From Octopus sinensis (taxonomy: Eukaryota), in the NCBI RefSeq assembly GCF_006345805.1, contig NC_043001.1:30628001-30692000 (forward strand): DNA of 64,000 nucleotides. Reading direction: 5' to 3'. The position numbers were made by a program, and so were the translations under genes. The first letter of the stretch is position 1; every line of letters begins with the position of its first letter. Of the stretch, positions 13,310 to 25,634 are shown one piece after another. The notes under the pieces are model-generated. The model was not told the origin of the DNA and made no database searches. It saw nothing but the letters and a program-made list of their open reading frames with translations.

Positions 13310-15350
13310 AGTGATAAAAATCGATTTTCAACCATAATTTTTACCAATTTCCATGTCGGTGAAATTCGTAAGTTTGCTAACATGTGTTAAGTCCCCTGTC
13401 TAGCAATGGCAAGATAGAAAAACAAAGGGTAAATTTTTAGATTAACAGCTGCATGATTTTCACTAAGAAAAACAAAAAAAAAAAAACTCAGATTCTTTGT
13501 GTGGAATCAAGTACCCTGACCTCCTAATATGCTGCAAATCCTTTATTTTAGTTTGAAAAAAAGTGGGGTAGGACGAGGGACCTGGAATCATTGGAAATTT
13601 TTTTTTTCGTTGAATGAATTCCTGTGACCCCCTAACGTACTACAAAACCCTTTTTGGGTCCGAAAAATGGGGTGAGGTGATGTTGAAGCCTTGGATATTT
13701 CACTCCCCACCCCATTGATCTTTTCAACCATAATTTTTACCATTTCCATGTCGGTGAAATTCGTAAGTTTGCTAACATGTGTTAAGTCCCCTGTCTAGCA
13801 ATGGCAAGATAGAAAAACAAAGGGTAAATTTTTAGATTAACAGCTGCATGATTTTCACTAAGAAAAACAAAAAAAAAAAACTCAGATTCTTTGTGTGGAA
13901 TCAAGTACCCTGACCTCCTAATATGCTGCAAATCCTTTATTTTAGTTTGAAAAAAAGTGGGGTAGGACGAGGGACCTGGAATCATTGGAAATTTTTTTTT
14001 TCGTTGAATGAATTCCTGTGACCCCCTAACGTACTACAAAACCCTTTTTGGGTCCGAAAAATGGGGTGAGGTGATGTTGAAGCCTTGGATATTTCACTCC
14101 CCACCCCATTGATCTTTTCAACCATAATTTTTACCAATTTCCATGTCGGTGAAATTCGCAAGTTTGCTAACATGTGTTAAGTCCCCTGTCTAGCAATGGC
14201 AAGATAGAAAAACAAAGGGTAAATTTTTAGATTAACAGCTGCATGATTTTCACTAAGAAAAACAAAAAAAAAAAAACTCAGATTCTTTGTGTGGAATCAT
14301 GTACCCTGACCTCCTAATATGCAGCAGCAAGTTGCTTATTTTTGTTCTGAAAAAAAAAGGGTGGGGCGAGGGGGGACCTCCCCCATCATAGAATCATTGG
14401 GAAATTTTTTTTTTCGTTGAATGAATTCCTGTGACCCCCTAACGTACTACAAAACCCTTTTTGGGTCCGAAAAATGGGGTGAGGTGATGTTGAAGCCTTG
14501 GATATTTCACTCCCCACCCCATTGATCTTTTCAACCATAATTTTTACCAATTTCCATGTCGGTGAAATTCGCAAGTTTGCTAACATGTGTTAAGTCCCCT
14601 GTCTAGCAATGGCAAGATAGAAAAACAAAGGGTAAATTTTTAGATTAACAGCTGCATGATTTTCACTAAGAAAAACAAAAAAAAAAAAACTCAGATTCTT
14701 TGTGTGGAATCATGTACCCTGACCTCCTAATATGCAGCAGCAAGTTGCTTATTTTTGTTCTGAAAAAAAAAGGGTGGGGCGAGGGGGGACCTCCCCCATC
14801 ATAGAATCATTGGGAAATTTTTTTTTTTTCGTTGAATGAATTTCTTTGACCTCCTAATATGCTACAAAACTATTTTTGGGGTCCGAAAAATGGGGTGAGG
14901 TGATGTTGAAGCCTTGGATATTTCACTCCCCACCCCATTGATCTTTTCAACCATAATTTTTACCAATTTCCATGTCGGTGAAATTCGCAAGTTTGCTAAC
15001 ATGTGTTAAGTCCCCTGTCTAGCAATGGCAAGATAGAAAAACAAAGGGTAAATTTTTAGATTAACAGCTGCATGATTTTCACTAAGAAAAACAAAAAAAA
15101 AAAAACTCAGATTCTTTGTGTGGAATCATGTACCCTGACCTCCTAATATGCAGCAGCAAGTTGCTTATTTTTGTTCTGAAAAAAAAAAGGGTGGGGCGAG
15201 GGGGGACCTCCCCCATCATAGAATCATTGGGAAATTTTTTTTTTTCGTTGAATGAATTTCTTTGACCTCCTAATATGCTACAAAACTATTTTTGGGGTCC
15301 GAAAAATGGGGTCGGGTAAGGTGGAAGCCTTGGAAATTTTACCCACTCCC
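13310..15350. repeat. Tandem array of five ~400-bp units
   Basis: catgtcggtgaaattcg at 13352, 13747, 14142, 14555, 14971 (periods 395, 395, 413, 416). Confidence 0.95.
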
Positions 15351-17141
15351 AGTGAATTACATGGTTCGTTATTAAATATATATATATAGTAGAGAATGTG
15401 ACATTTATATTGTGTGTGTGACCGCGTGTGTACCATTGGCGATTTTTTTTCCTGTCTTCCCTTCACTGGATCTTTCCTTCTCCTATGTTTCCGACGAAGA
15501 GCGCTCGAAATGTTAAACCCTCCTTCTTTCCTGAGTGTCCAATAATACTATATTTGTTCCACGTCCTTGCATTGTTGTGCTTTTTTGTGCTTTCTTGTTT
15601 GGATTAACTATATATGTATAATAGCATGCAAACCTTTGATGCAACCTTCTCCAATGCAGATCTCTGAGGCAACCTTCTCCAATGCATATCTTCGATGCAG
15701 TCTTGACTGATACTATCTCTTAGGAGGGGTTAGGATTAGTTGCTGCCTTTTAGAGGCTCCTGAGCCCCCTTTCACTAGGTTAGCTTAGGTTAAAGCTTAG
15801 TTGTGATCCGAACATAACCTCTTCTGACACAGAGGATCGGGAGCCCTTTTGGGCGTTCTATTTTCCTTGCTGGAAGGGCTCCCAACCCATGGGTCAAGGA
15901 GGGGGTTAGATGACAGGGTGGTGGTTTCGAAATGGCCAGCATGTGCAACCTGATCACCCCTGCCAGTCAAATTCCCAACCCATGCATTCCCTGGGTTGGT
16001 TGTGAAAACCAGCTTAAAAGTATAAATATAGATTTTTTGAATCAGCAATGTTGTGTTTGGCTAAGTCCTATTTGGAGTGAAAAATCAATAAACTGATTCC
16101 TTATGGGGTTTTCCATTCAATCAGGATGAAAAATCGATAAACTGATTCCTTATAGTATTTCTCACTAAAATTAGCTACACCCCATTTTCAACCATAACTT
16201 TTACCAATTTTGATGTATTTTGTTCAAACTTGATACTGGCGTTACTTAGGACATATGGGATCTTTGAATGCTGTAAGTTCTCCAAAATAATAATAAAAAA
16301 AAACAATAGGCGCAGGAGTGGCTGTGTGGTAAGTAGCTTGCTAACCAACCACATGGTTCCGGGTTCAGTCCCACCGCGTGGCATCTTGGGCAAGTGTCTT
16401 CTGTTATAGCCCCGGGCCGACCAATGCCTTGTGAGTGGATTTGGTAGACGAAAACTGAAAGAAGCCTGTCGTATATATGTATATATATGTGTGTGTTTGT
16501 GTGCCTGTGTTTGTCCCCGATGCTGGTGTGTTTACGTCCCCGTAACTTAGCGGTTCGGCAAAAAGAGACCGATAGAATAAGTACTGGGCTTACAAAGAAT
16601 AAGTCCCGGGGTCGATTTGCTCGACTAAAGGCGGTGCTCCAGCATGGCCGCAGTCAAATGACTGAAACAAGTAAAAGAGTAATCGATGAGTGGAAAAATT
16701 GATAAACCGATTCCTTATGGGATTTCTCAATCAAATTGTCTGCAACCCATTTTCAGTAAAACGTTTACCAATTTCAACAGATTTAGCTCTAATTTGACGT
16801 CAGTGTTACTTAGTTTGGTTTGAAACAAAGCGCTTGATTAGCTTAATAATCCTATCTTAATCCTGGGCAACGCCGGGCTATACTGCCCCTAAAAAAAAAA
16901 AAAACTAAATTAGTGAGAATGTTCAAGGGAAAGAACTCTAAATGTCACGAAATAATTAATAAAATAACTAATCTACTTATTTAATATTTGTTGACCCTAT
17001 TTCACATTTTTTATCTTGATCGACCAAGTAAAAAAACTATTCTTTAACATCTAAGTACCTTTATCACTCAACAACTATAAGCCATTCAAAAGGAAAAGAT
17101 CCTAATTAACAAAGATTGCATTTGCTTGGCTGGGAAAACTG

Positions 17142-17285
17142 TTACGTCACACGTGTATCCGGTTTGTGTGGATCTAAATGTCGAAGACATTTTGTCTCTG
17201 ATCTCTTCTAATTTCGCTTTCTTTCTTATTTTAAAAGCGAATATAAATTAGTTTCTTCTTATCTCATCAAACATCAGCACATAAA
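17142..17285 (+). promoter_or_regulatory. Candidate promoter and non-coding first exon of the Act1/CIKS-like gene
   Basis: TTACGTCA (CRE-like, 17142-17149) abutting CACGTG (E-box, 17150-17155) in unique sequence, followed by a GTAAGT donor at 17286; coding exon 1 has an acceptor upstream of its ATG, so an upstream exon is required. Confidence 0.4.
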
Positions 17286-17492
17286 GTAAGTAATATTGTT
17301 TTTTTTAGACTATTAATTTGCTAACTTTATTAATTTCAAGCTTTATTTACTAGCAACAGAAAATGTGTTTATTTGATCTACGGTGCGTTTTTATTGATAT
17401 TGCTGGTTATATCGACTCGTTTCACTGCTTTTACGTATTTTACAAAGTTGGTGTATAGAATGAAGTAAAAAAAAAATACAAAATACAAAGTG

Positions 17493-17752
17493 GCATTCTT
17501 TCGATATAACTCGACAAAATCAAAACGCTTCACTTCACGTATTTCCGTGGAATCAAATGAATGTTCGATTCTGTTTTCTGCTTGGAAATTTGCGGATTTT
17601 ACATACACACATAAAACAGGTTAGAACATGCAAGGTTGTTTTTCTTCAAGTTTAAAATTTACGGCGTAATTTCGTTATATCTATACTCCACAACCCACGG
17701 AAACACCCGAAGTGAAATGTATCGACCTTGTCGAGCTATATCGAAGGAATGC
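17493..17752. mobile_element. Foldback/MITE with ~60-bp imperfect arms
   Basis: gcattctttcgatataactcgacaa (17493) is inverted at ttgtcgagctatatcgaaggaatgc (17728); cacttcacgtatttccgtgg is inverted at 17695. Confidence 0.7.
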
Positions 17753-18340
17753 ATACAAAGTAATATTTTTTCAATTTAATGTACGCAAAATAAAAAAAAA
17801 AAATTAACGTATTCCACATTTTTATCGTGCATATTGAAACACTATGTCTGAATTTATTCAAACAGACGCAAAATTTGGTAATTGTCTGAATTAATTTATC
17901 AAAATGATGGAAAAAATTTCATTAAATGAATTCTGTAAGAATTGTTTATGATTAAAAAAAAAAAAAAGTATTATACTATGTAAACTGTAAACTATTATTG
18001 TATTTTGTAATAACGACACCATTGACTTTGAATGTTGGGCAAGACCGACTGGATGCAACTCTAATTGTTAAATGTAACATCTAATGAGGTAATTAATTAT
18101 ACGTTGTTTAGTTCAAGTCAGCTTCGATCGTGCAGATCATCCCGTTTTTATCTTTTTGTCAAATGTGTTCTTTTATTTTCAAAACAATCGGGTGTTATTA
18201 AAAGACATTTGGTTTCTATTTCTAGCAGGCCGAGTGGACTGTTGGGTAGGAAAGTGTAATTATATCAAGCACTTTACAGTTTACTTCCTCGTTAGCCTCG
18301 GTCGAACAGACTTTATGGCGAAAGACATGCCTGCCGTTAT

Positions 18341-18721
18341 GGCAATCTTTCGTCTCTAGTAGACCTTTCCGTCGATTTCCGTAAAATTTTTTTTTTTTAC
18401 ATATGGGCTTGCGGGAACTTTTGAAGTAATGAGAGCGAAAGAGACTAAGAGAAAGCGATTGTATGACGAGGGAAGTTCTTTTGAAGTTACCGTGCATGTG
18501 AAGCATTGATGTACATGGGGTGTGGGAGACAGACAGTATGTTGTGTAAGTGAAGTGCTTCTGTTAGTGTGTGTGAAAGAAAGAGATAACTGAAATTTTTT
18601 ACTCGGTGTATGTGTATATGTATGCATATTACTTCAAAAGTTCCCGCAAGCCCATATGTAAAAAAAATATATTTTTTTTACGGAAATCGACGGAAAGGTC
18701 TATTAGAGACGAAAGATCGCC
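18341..18721. mobile_element. MITE with ~90-bp TIRs
   Basis: 18341-18430 is the near-perfect reverse complement of 18628-18721. Confidence 0.85.
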
Positions 18722-19896
18722 CCAAAATATTTAGAAGTATTATCCTATATGTCCTTGTTTCATGATGGTGAAATTCGATAACCTGGCTGCTATTTTAACA
18801 GGTTCGATTTTGACATAGCGGCTCCACTGTTGCCAATTCCGATTCTGAGATAATAAGCAGGATCATCCGTGGAATACGCTTCATTGTAGCATTTTGGTTT
18901 GAAGTGACCAGCTGTGCTTTCGCACTTGGCGTGTGTATATATGTGAGATGTGAAGTGGAAGAGATAGATTTATTTATTGGTCAGTATCACTTGACATTTA
19001 TTTTCATAGCTGAATGATTCTATTCCAAATAGGCTTTTCTTCTTGTGTCAAATTTACTTCGTTGTTTCAGAACATTTGTAGTTTGTTGTCACATTGGGGG
19101 TCCTTTCTGTTTCCACTTTTCAATTCCTTCAAATTTTGTTCCAGTTGATTTCAAATTTGGTTTATTGATTCTTTTTTTTTCTTCTTTTTACTTGTTTCGG
19201 TCATTTTGACTGCGGCCATGCTGGAGCACCGCCTTTAATCGAGCAACTCGACCCCGGGACTTATTCTTTGTAAGCCCAGTACTTATTCTATCGGTCTCTC
19301 TTTTGCCGAACCGCTAAGTGACCCGGACATAAACACACCAGCATCGGTTGTCAAGCAATGCTAGGGGGACAAACACAGACACACAAACATACACATACAT
19401 ATATATATATACATATATACGGCGGGCTTCTTTCAGTTTCCGTCTACCAAATCCACTCACAAGGCTTTGGTCGGCCCGAGGCTATAGTAGAAGACACTTG
19501 CCCAAGGTGCCACGCAGTGGGACTGAACCCGGAACCATGTGGTTGGTAAACAAGCTACTTACCACACAGCCAGTAGATTTATATACTTAATTAATGGAAA
19601 TAAAATTCATTTTTGCCATAAATTAATGAATAAAAAAGTTAGTAGTTTTTAAAGTTTGCAAATTTTGGGTAACTTTAGCCAATCGAAAGCCACAAACATG
19701 TTGGTGCTTGTTTACTCTTTTACTTGTTTCAGTCATTTGACTGTGGCCATGCTGGAGCACCGCCTTTAGTCGAGCAAATCGATCCCAGGACTTATTCTTT
19801 GTAAGCCTAGTACTTATTCTAAGGGTCTCTTTTGCTGAACCACCAAGTTACGGGGACGTAAACACACCAGCATCCGTTATCAAGCGATGTTGGAGG

Positions 19897-19999
<103 letters not shown>

Positions 20000-21153
20000 G
20001 ACGGGCTTCTTTCAGTTTTCGTCTACCAAATCCACTTACAAGGCTTTGGTCAGCCCAAGGCTATAGTAGAAGGCACTTGGCCAAAGTGCCACGCAGTGGG
20101 ACTGAACCCGGAACCATGTGGTCGGTAAGTAAGTTACTTACCACACAGCCACTCTTACGCTTTGTTTACTAGTTTTTTTTTTTTTTTTTCGTAATTTACC
20201 GTTTTACTATATTAAATACTAGCTGAAATACCCGGCGTTGCCAGAGTCAATAACCCAGAGAATTAACTGTAACTCGCAAAGCTTTTTATCTAACTTATAG
20301 TAAATCTTTTGGAAAAAACACTCAGTGAAATTTCGGGCTAATAACAATTTGTAACTGGCCCATTGGGCAATAAACTATGCTTGAGAAGACCTGTAGGATA
20401 ACTGAACACGTAAAGGCTTTCTGAACGTGTCTAGCACTACATGTGCTATATCATCATCGTTTAGCGTCTGATTTCCATGCTGGCATGGGTTGGATAGTTT
20501 GACTGAGAACTGGCAAGCCAGAAAGCTGCACCAGGTTCCAATTTGATCTGGCAAGGTTTCTACAGCTGGTTGCCCTTCCTAATGCCAACCACTCTGAGGG
20601 TGTTGCGGGTGCTTTTTATGTGCCACCAGCACAGGAGCCAGTCAGACGGCACTGGCAATGACCATGCTCGAATGGTGCTTTTTATGTGCCACCAGCACAG
20701 GAGCCAGTCAGACGGCACTGGCAATGACCATGCTCAAATGGTGCTTTTTACCTGCCACTGGCATCGGAGCCAGTCAGGTGGCACTGGCATCAACCACGTT
20801 CATATGGTGCATTTTATGTGCCACCAGCATGGGAGCCAGTCTGGAGGGACTAGCATCAACCATGCTCGAATGGTGCTTTTTATGTCCCACCAGCACGGGT
20901 GCCAGTCACAAGCCAAGTATATCAAAATTATTCAGTAACAGCAATATAACAGCTCAACATATTCAATTTTGGGTTCTTGAAGCTCTGAAATCTAATACAG
21001 AGAATAAATTATTTTTGTAAAAAACAAATGTAAAACTAGTTTATAAGCTATGATTTTTTATGTTTACATACTCTTGTCTCATTCACTTGCAGATGAAAAG
21101 ATACATTCAAGTTTGTTGATTTTGGAAGTGATACATTTGGTTAGATATTAGCC

Positions 21154-21297
21154 ATGGATTTTAGAGATGTCCCTTTTGTCTATGTGCCCTATGAAGTAAG
21201 AGTAAAACTGCTGAACTTAGATATACCAAGCAGTGGTTATGGAAATAACTGGAAGTTTTTGGCTGGACAACTTGGCTTCAGTGGCAATCAAGTTTTA
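21154..21297 (+). CDS. TRAF3IP2: Act1/CIKS-like adaptor (Death domain + SEFIR), coding exon 1: Death domain N-half
   Basis: gccATG at 21154; translates MDFRDVPFVYVPYEVRVKLLNLDIPSSGYGNNWKFLAGQLGFSGNQVL, with the Death-domain-like pattern VR.KL..LD...NW..LA..LGF; GTAAGT donor at 21298 (phase 0); exon acceptor ttcacttgcAG at 21091-21092, so the exon starts at 21093 with 5'UTR. Confidence 0.85.
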
Positions 21298-23184
21298 GTA
21301 AGTATATTTTCTGTTAAATAATCTAACACACATTTTGTAAGTGTAATTTATGTAAATCTAATTTTCAATATAGTATAACTTCAGTTGTCATTCAGAGGAA
21401 ATGTATATAATTTTTTTTTATAATATCGGTCATTAACAAGTATTTTACTAATGAAAATGTTATATGAAGATGTAATAAAAGATTAATCTTTAGCAATTAA
21501 TTGAAAATGTTACAAAAAAATATCTTAAAGAATTGGGCTAATCATAGATCATCATCATCATCATCATCATTTAACATCTGTTGGTGTTTAACATGCTGGT
21601 ATAGGTTGGATGGTGTGACCAGAGCTGGCAAGCTGGGGGGTCTGCACCAGACTCCAGTCTGATTTTGCATGGTTTCTACAGTTGGATACCTTTCCTAATG
21701 CTAACCACTTTACAACATGTAATGTGTTTTTTTCCCCCCATAGCATCAGCAGTAATGAGCTTGCCATGCACCTTGCAAAACTAAGGTCCCCTTCAATTGA
21801 ACCATACTTCAGTAGAGAGGGAGACTGCATTATGCTAGAAGAAGAGGGGGTTAAAGTATGAGCCAAGGAGAACAGGTTTCTTACTGTAGAGGAGCTACAT
21901 GGTCATTCACAGTTTAGAAGAGAGGGTGGGAGTGACTGTGTCAGAGTGTGGGAAAGAGAAAAGATAAAAAAAGATAAAAATAGTGATGCGGTGTCATAGT
22001 AGACCCTCAAGATAAGAGGTGAGTAGATGAGTGGAGACAGGAGGACAGGGTGTGTGAGTGAGTGTATGAAATAGCAAGAGATTGCAAGGTGTATGAGATA
22101 GCAAGAAGTGGTTAGTGATAAGGATGAGTGACTGCATTGATATAATGAACAAGTGAAGAGGGATGACAAGAGGTGACAACTGTAGAGATAGGAGGGGTTG
22201 AGGAACTGTTGTGAATGGTGGATAAAGGGTATATGGAGGGGGGTGACCAGTGATATGAATTGGGGGGAGATAGGGGAGAACAGGAAACTGTTTGACACTG
22301 CAAAAAAATAAAAGTCTGTGAAGGTCAGAAGAATCGTCATAATGGTAGAGTAGAGAGAAGGATGAAAAAGAGATATGTATGGTTGATGGTGATCACTGTA
22401 GAATGTGGGTGGAGAGGACAATATTTAGAATAAAGGATGGATACCAAGTTAAATGGTTCCAGAAGGATAAGTAGTATTGGGGAGAAGCTGGTAAAATATA
22501 CAGTTCTGCTCACTTTTGATTACAGTAGCAGTTTGTGTGTGTGTACATATATTTGTTTTTTTTATTACCCACAAGGGGCTAAACACAGAGGGGACAAACA
22601 AGGACAGACACACGGATTAAGTCAATTACATCAACCCCAGTGCGTAACTGGTACTTAATTTATCGACCCCGAAAGGATGAAAGGCATAGTCGACCTTGGC
22701 GGAATTTGAACACAGAACGTAACGGCAGACGAAATACAGCTACGCATTTCGCCCGGCATGCTAACATTTCTGCCAGCTCGCTGTGTGTACATATATTGTG
22801 TTTGAGATGTGTGGGTCTTCCCAAAAGCTGCTTATTTCCAGTCATTCTAGTTCTTTTTGTCTCCTCCATGAGGTTCAAGGTCTTCAGATCAGCCTTCACT
22901 ACTTTCTATCATGTCTCCACAAACCCCAGTGTTTGAACTCCGTCCACATTAAATGAATGAGTTCCATCTACCTTAAGTGACTGCACATCATCCACATTAT
23001 TTATTTGCTAATTTAAGAATTTTTGTGTTCACTTGAAAACAAATATTTTGCTATTATAATCATGTTTATATTATACAAACATTTACGTTTATTCATTTGT
23101 CTAATTGTGTGGTATGCAATATGCTATTTAAGACATGTACTTACTAAAGAGGTTTTTTTTTAAAAAAAAAATTCTTGTTTTCAG

Positions 23185-23341
23185 TCTTTAGAGACAAAGA
23201 AGTCATCTCATGGAAGTAACACATTAAAATTATTTGAAGAATACTCTAAGGATCTATCCAATACTGTTGGGAAACTTATTGAAGCATTGAAACAAATTAA
23301 AAGACCCCGTGAAAGTAATGAACTTGAAGGCGCAGAAAAAC
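23185..23341 (+). CDS. TRAF3IP2: Act1/CIKS-like coding exon 2: Death domain C-half
   Basis: ttcttgttttcAG acceptor; SLETKKSSHGSNTLKLFEEYSKDLSNTVGKLIEALKQIKRPRESNELEGAEK (T..L...Y....TVG.L..AL..I.R Death-domain pattern); GTATGT donor at 23342, phase 1. Confidence 0.85.
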
Positions 23342-23950
23342 GTATGTATTGTGTTAAAAAAAAAAAAAATTTAATTGTGTGACTAATTTGTGCAATTAGT
23401 GGAGACTAGAACTAGTAGAAAGTGGTTTGATGTTTAGGAAATAAATACATTTATTGGTAACTTATTAAGATTATAATGTTTGTTTCATGCTTAAATAAAT
23501 AAATTTTGCTGAGATTAAAGATAAATTAATAAATTTAGCAAATTGTGAATCAAGTAGAAACTGGTTGGTGCAGTTAGTACTACTGGTTGGGATGCTAATA
23601 CAAGAGTATCCCTAATACAGGAATACTCCTATATTAGTATAGGCATTAGTATTCAGATTACTCTGTCAAGTGTAGTGCTTATTTATTTACATTGTTTTGA
23701 ATTAATTATATATTATATCATAGCTTTGAAATTTTGATATACTCTTTACTCTTTTACTTGTTTCAGTCATTTGACTGCGGCCATGCTGGAGCACCGCCTT
23801 TAGTCGAGCAAATCGACCCCAGGACTTATTCTTTGTAAGCCTAGTACTTATTCTATCGGTCTCTTTTGCCGAACCACTAAGTGACGGGGACGTAAACACA
23901 CCACCATCGGTTGTCAAGCGATGTTGGAGGGACAAACACAGACACACAAA

Positions 23951-23996
<46 letters not shown>

Positions 23997-24677
23997 CTTA
24001 TATACAACGGGCTTCTTTCAGTTTCCGTCTACCAAATCCACTCACAAGACTTTGGTTGGCCTGAGGCTATAGTAGAAGACACTTGCTCAAGGTGCCACAC
24101 AGTGGGACTGAACCCGGAACCAGGTGGTTGGTTAGCAAGCTACTTACCACACAGCCACTCCTGCACCTATGGTTATATATTTTTAGAATGACATTGTTGG
24201 GTAGGTGTGAGAGGCCAGCTCTGGTTGGTTTGACCATAAAACAGGTAGAATATTTAGGTTGGATATGGCTGGTTTAAATGCTAAAGGATTAATCAGACGG
24301 CATAATAATTTTACAGATTGTTATCTAAAACAGAATCTCAAGGAAACAAAGTTAGGTGATGAAAAGAAAGATAAATGGAAAGAAACTATTTTACTAGAAA
24401 GAGTAGAACAGACCGAAAAAACAAATTTATAATCTGAGGAAACAGCGTTTCTAACAGAAATAAATATCTTAGAATTCTTGAGATTTTGTAAAGAGCATGT
24501 GATAATATTTATGTTTATGTAGCATGTCTCTTTGTTAAATACCAGTACAGTTTGATGCATAGAGAATAAATTAATGCAATGCATAACATGAGTTCAATTT
24601 TTCTTCTGTAAAATAAGATGTTGGCAATCTGTGGCTCAACACTGAAAAATAACTGCGGGAAAAACTTGATTTGAATA

Positions 24678-24825
24678 TTGAATATTTATTATATATTTTT
24701 TAAAATAACACCAAATTGAATATTTATTATATATTTTTTTAAATAACACCAAATTGAATATTTATTATATATTTTTTAAAATAACACCAGACTAAATATT
24801 TATTATGTATTTTTTAAAATACACC
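24678..24825. repeat. 38-bp AT-rich minisatellite (about 4 units) upstream of the exon 3 acceptor
   Basis: ttgaatatttattatatattttttaaaataacaccaaa repeated at ~24678, 24716, 24754 and, degenerate, 24792. Confidence 0.9.
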
Positions 24826-24842
24826 TTTTTTTTTCTTATTAG

Positions 24843-25202
24843 AAATTCTCCAGGCATATGATGTTTCTAAAATTTCTACATTTGGATTGTCCCTGGAATC
24901 TGAAGACAAGTCAAGTCAGTATATTTACAATTCACAAAATGATGCAAAGTCTAACAATTTAGATACTTATTACTCAAATTTTGATGCAGTTACCAGCATC
25001 TCAGGATACCAACACATTTCCCTAAAATCATCCTCATATTATCAGAAAACTTCCGACTACTACTCTCGGCACAATTCTGTTAAAAATTCTTCAAAGTATT
25101 TTCATGAAGATTTAGATAATGAAAGCAGTTCAAGTTCACTTCTTCAGAAAAATTCAGGAAAATATTCAAGTGTGGATTTAAAAGTGACTTTGCCATCAAA
25201 AA
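24843..25202 (+). CDS. TRAF3IP2: Act1/CIKS-like coding exon 3: Ser/Tyr/Asn-rich linker
   Basis: tttttcttattAG acceptor and GTAAGT donor at 25203; 360 nt, phase 1-1, open in the frame of ORF 24887..25234; phases match exons 2 and 4. Confidence 0.8.
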
Positions 25203-25427
25203 GTAAGTTATCAACTTTTTCTTTTTTATATTGAGTTTAGTTTCATAAAAAAAAAAAAAAAAAAGAGATACCTGTAGAAGTGATATGTGAAGTTATATAA
25301 TAGCTGCAAACAATAACACAAAATCTAGAATTAAGCCAGTATTTGTAATTCAGAGGATTATTAAGTCTTTTGATACAAATCTGCCTGAAATCACCTTTGG
25401 ATCTGTGGTACAAATTTCCTGTTTTAA

Positions 25428-25634
25428 CCCTTTTGATACCAACCTGGCTGAAACTGCCTCTGTGTTGTTTTCAAAAGTTCTGACTTGAAATCTTCCACCA
25501 AAACCTTAGTCATAATTTATGTTCCCAACATTTGCTTAATGATAACTAAATTATTTTTCTAAAGTTTTTCTTATATTTAAAATTCATTGAAGGGAACACA
25601 GAGCATCTCAACAGAAATGTGGTAACAAAAAGGG
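25428..25634. mobile_element. piggyBac-like MITE
   Basis: TTAA|CCCTTTTG...CAAAAAGGG|TTAA. Confidence 0.75.

Noticed and set aside
21903-22421. 172-aa minus-strand ORF
   Set aside because: Low-complexity S/L/H/P product of a purine-rich + strand tract inside an Act1 intron; no domain recognised.
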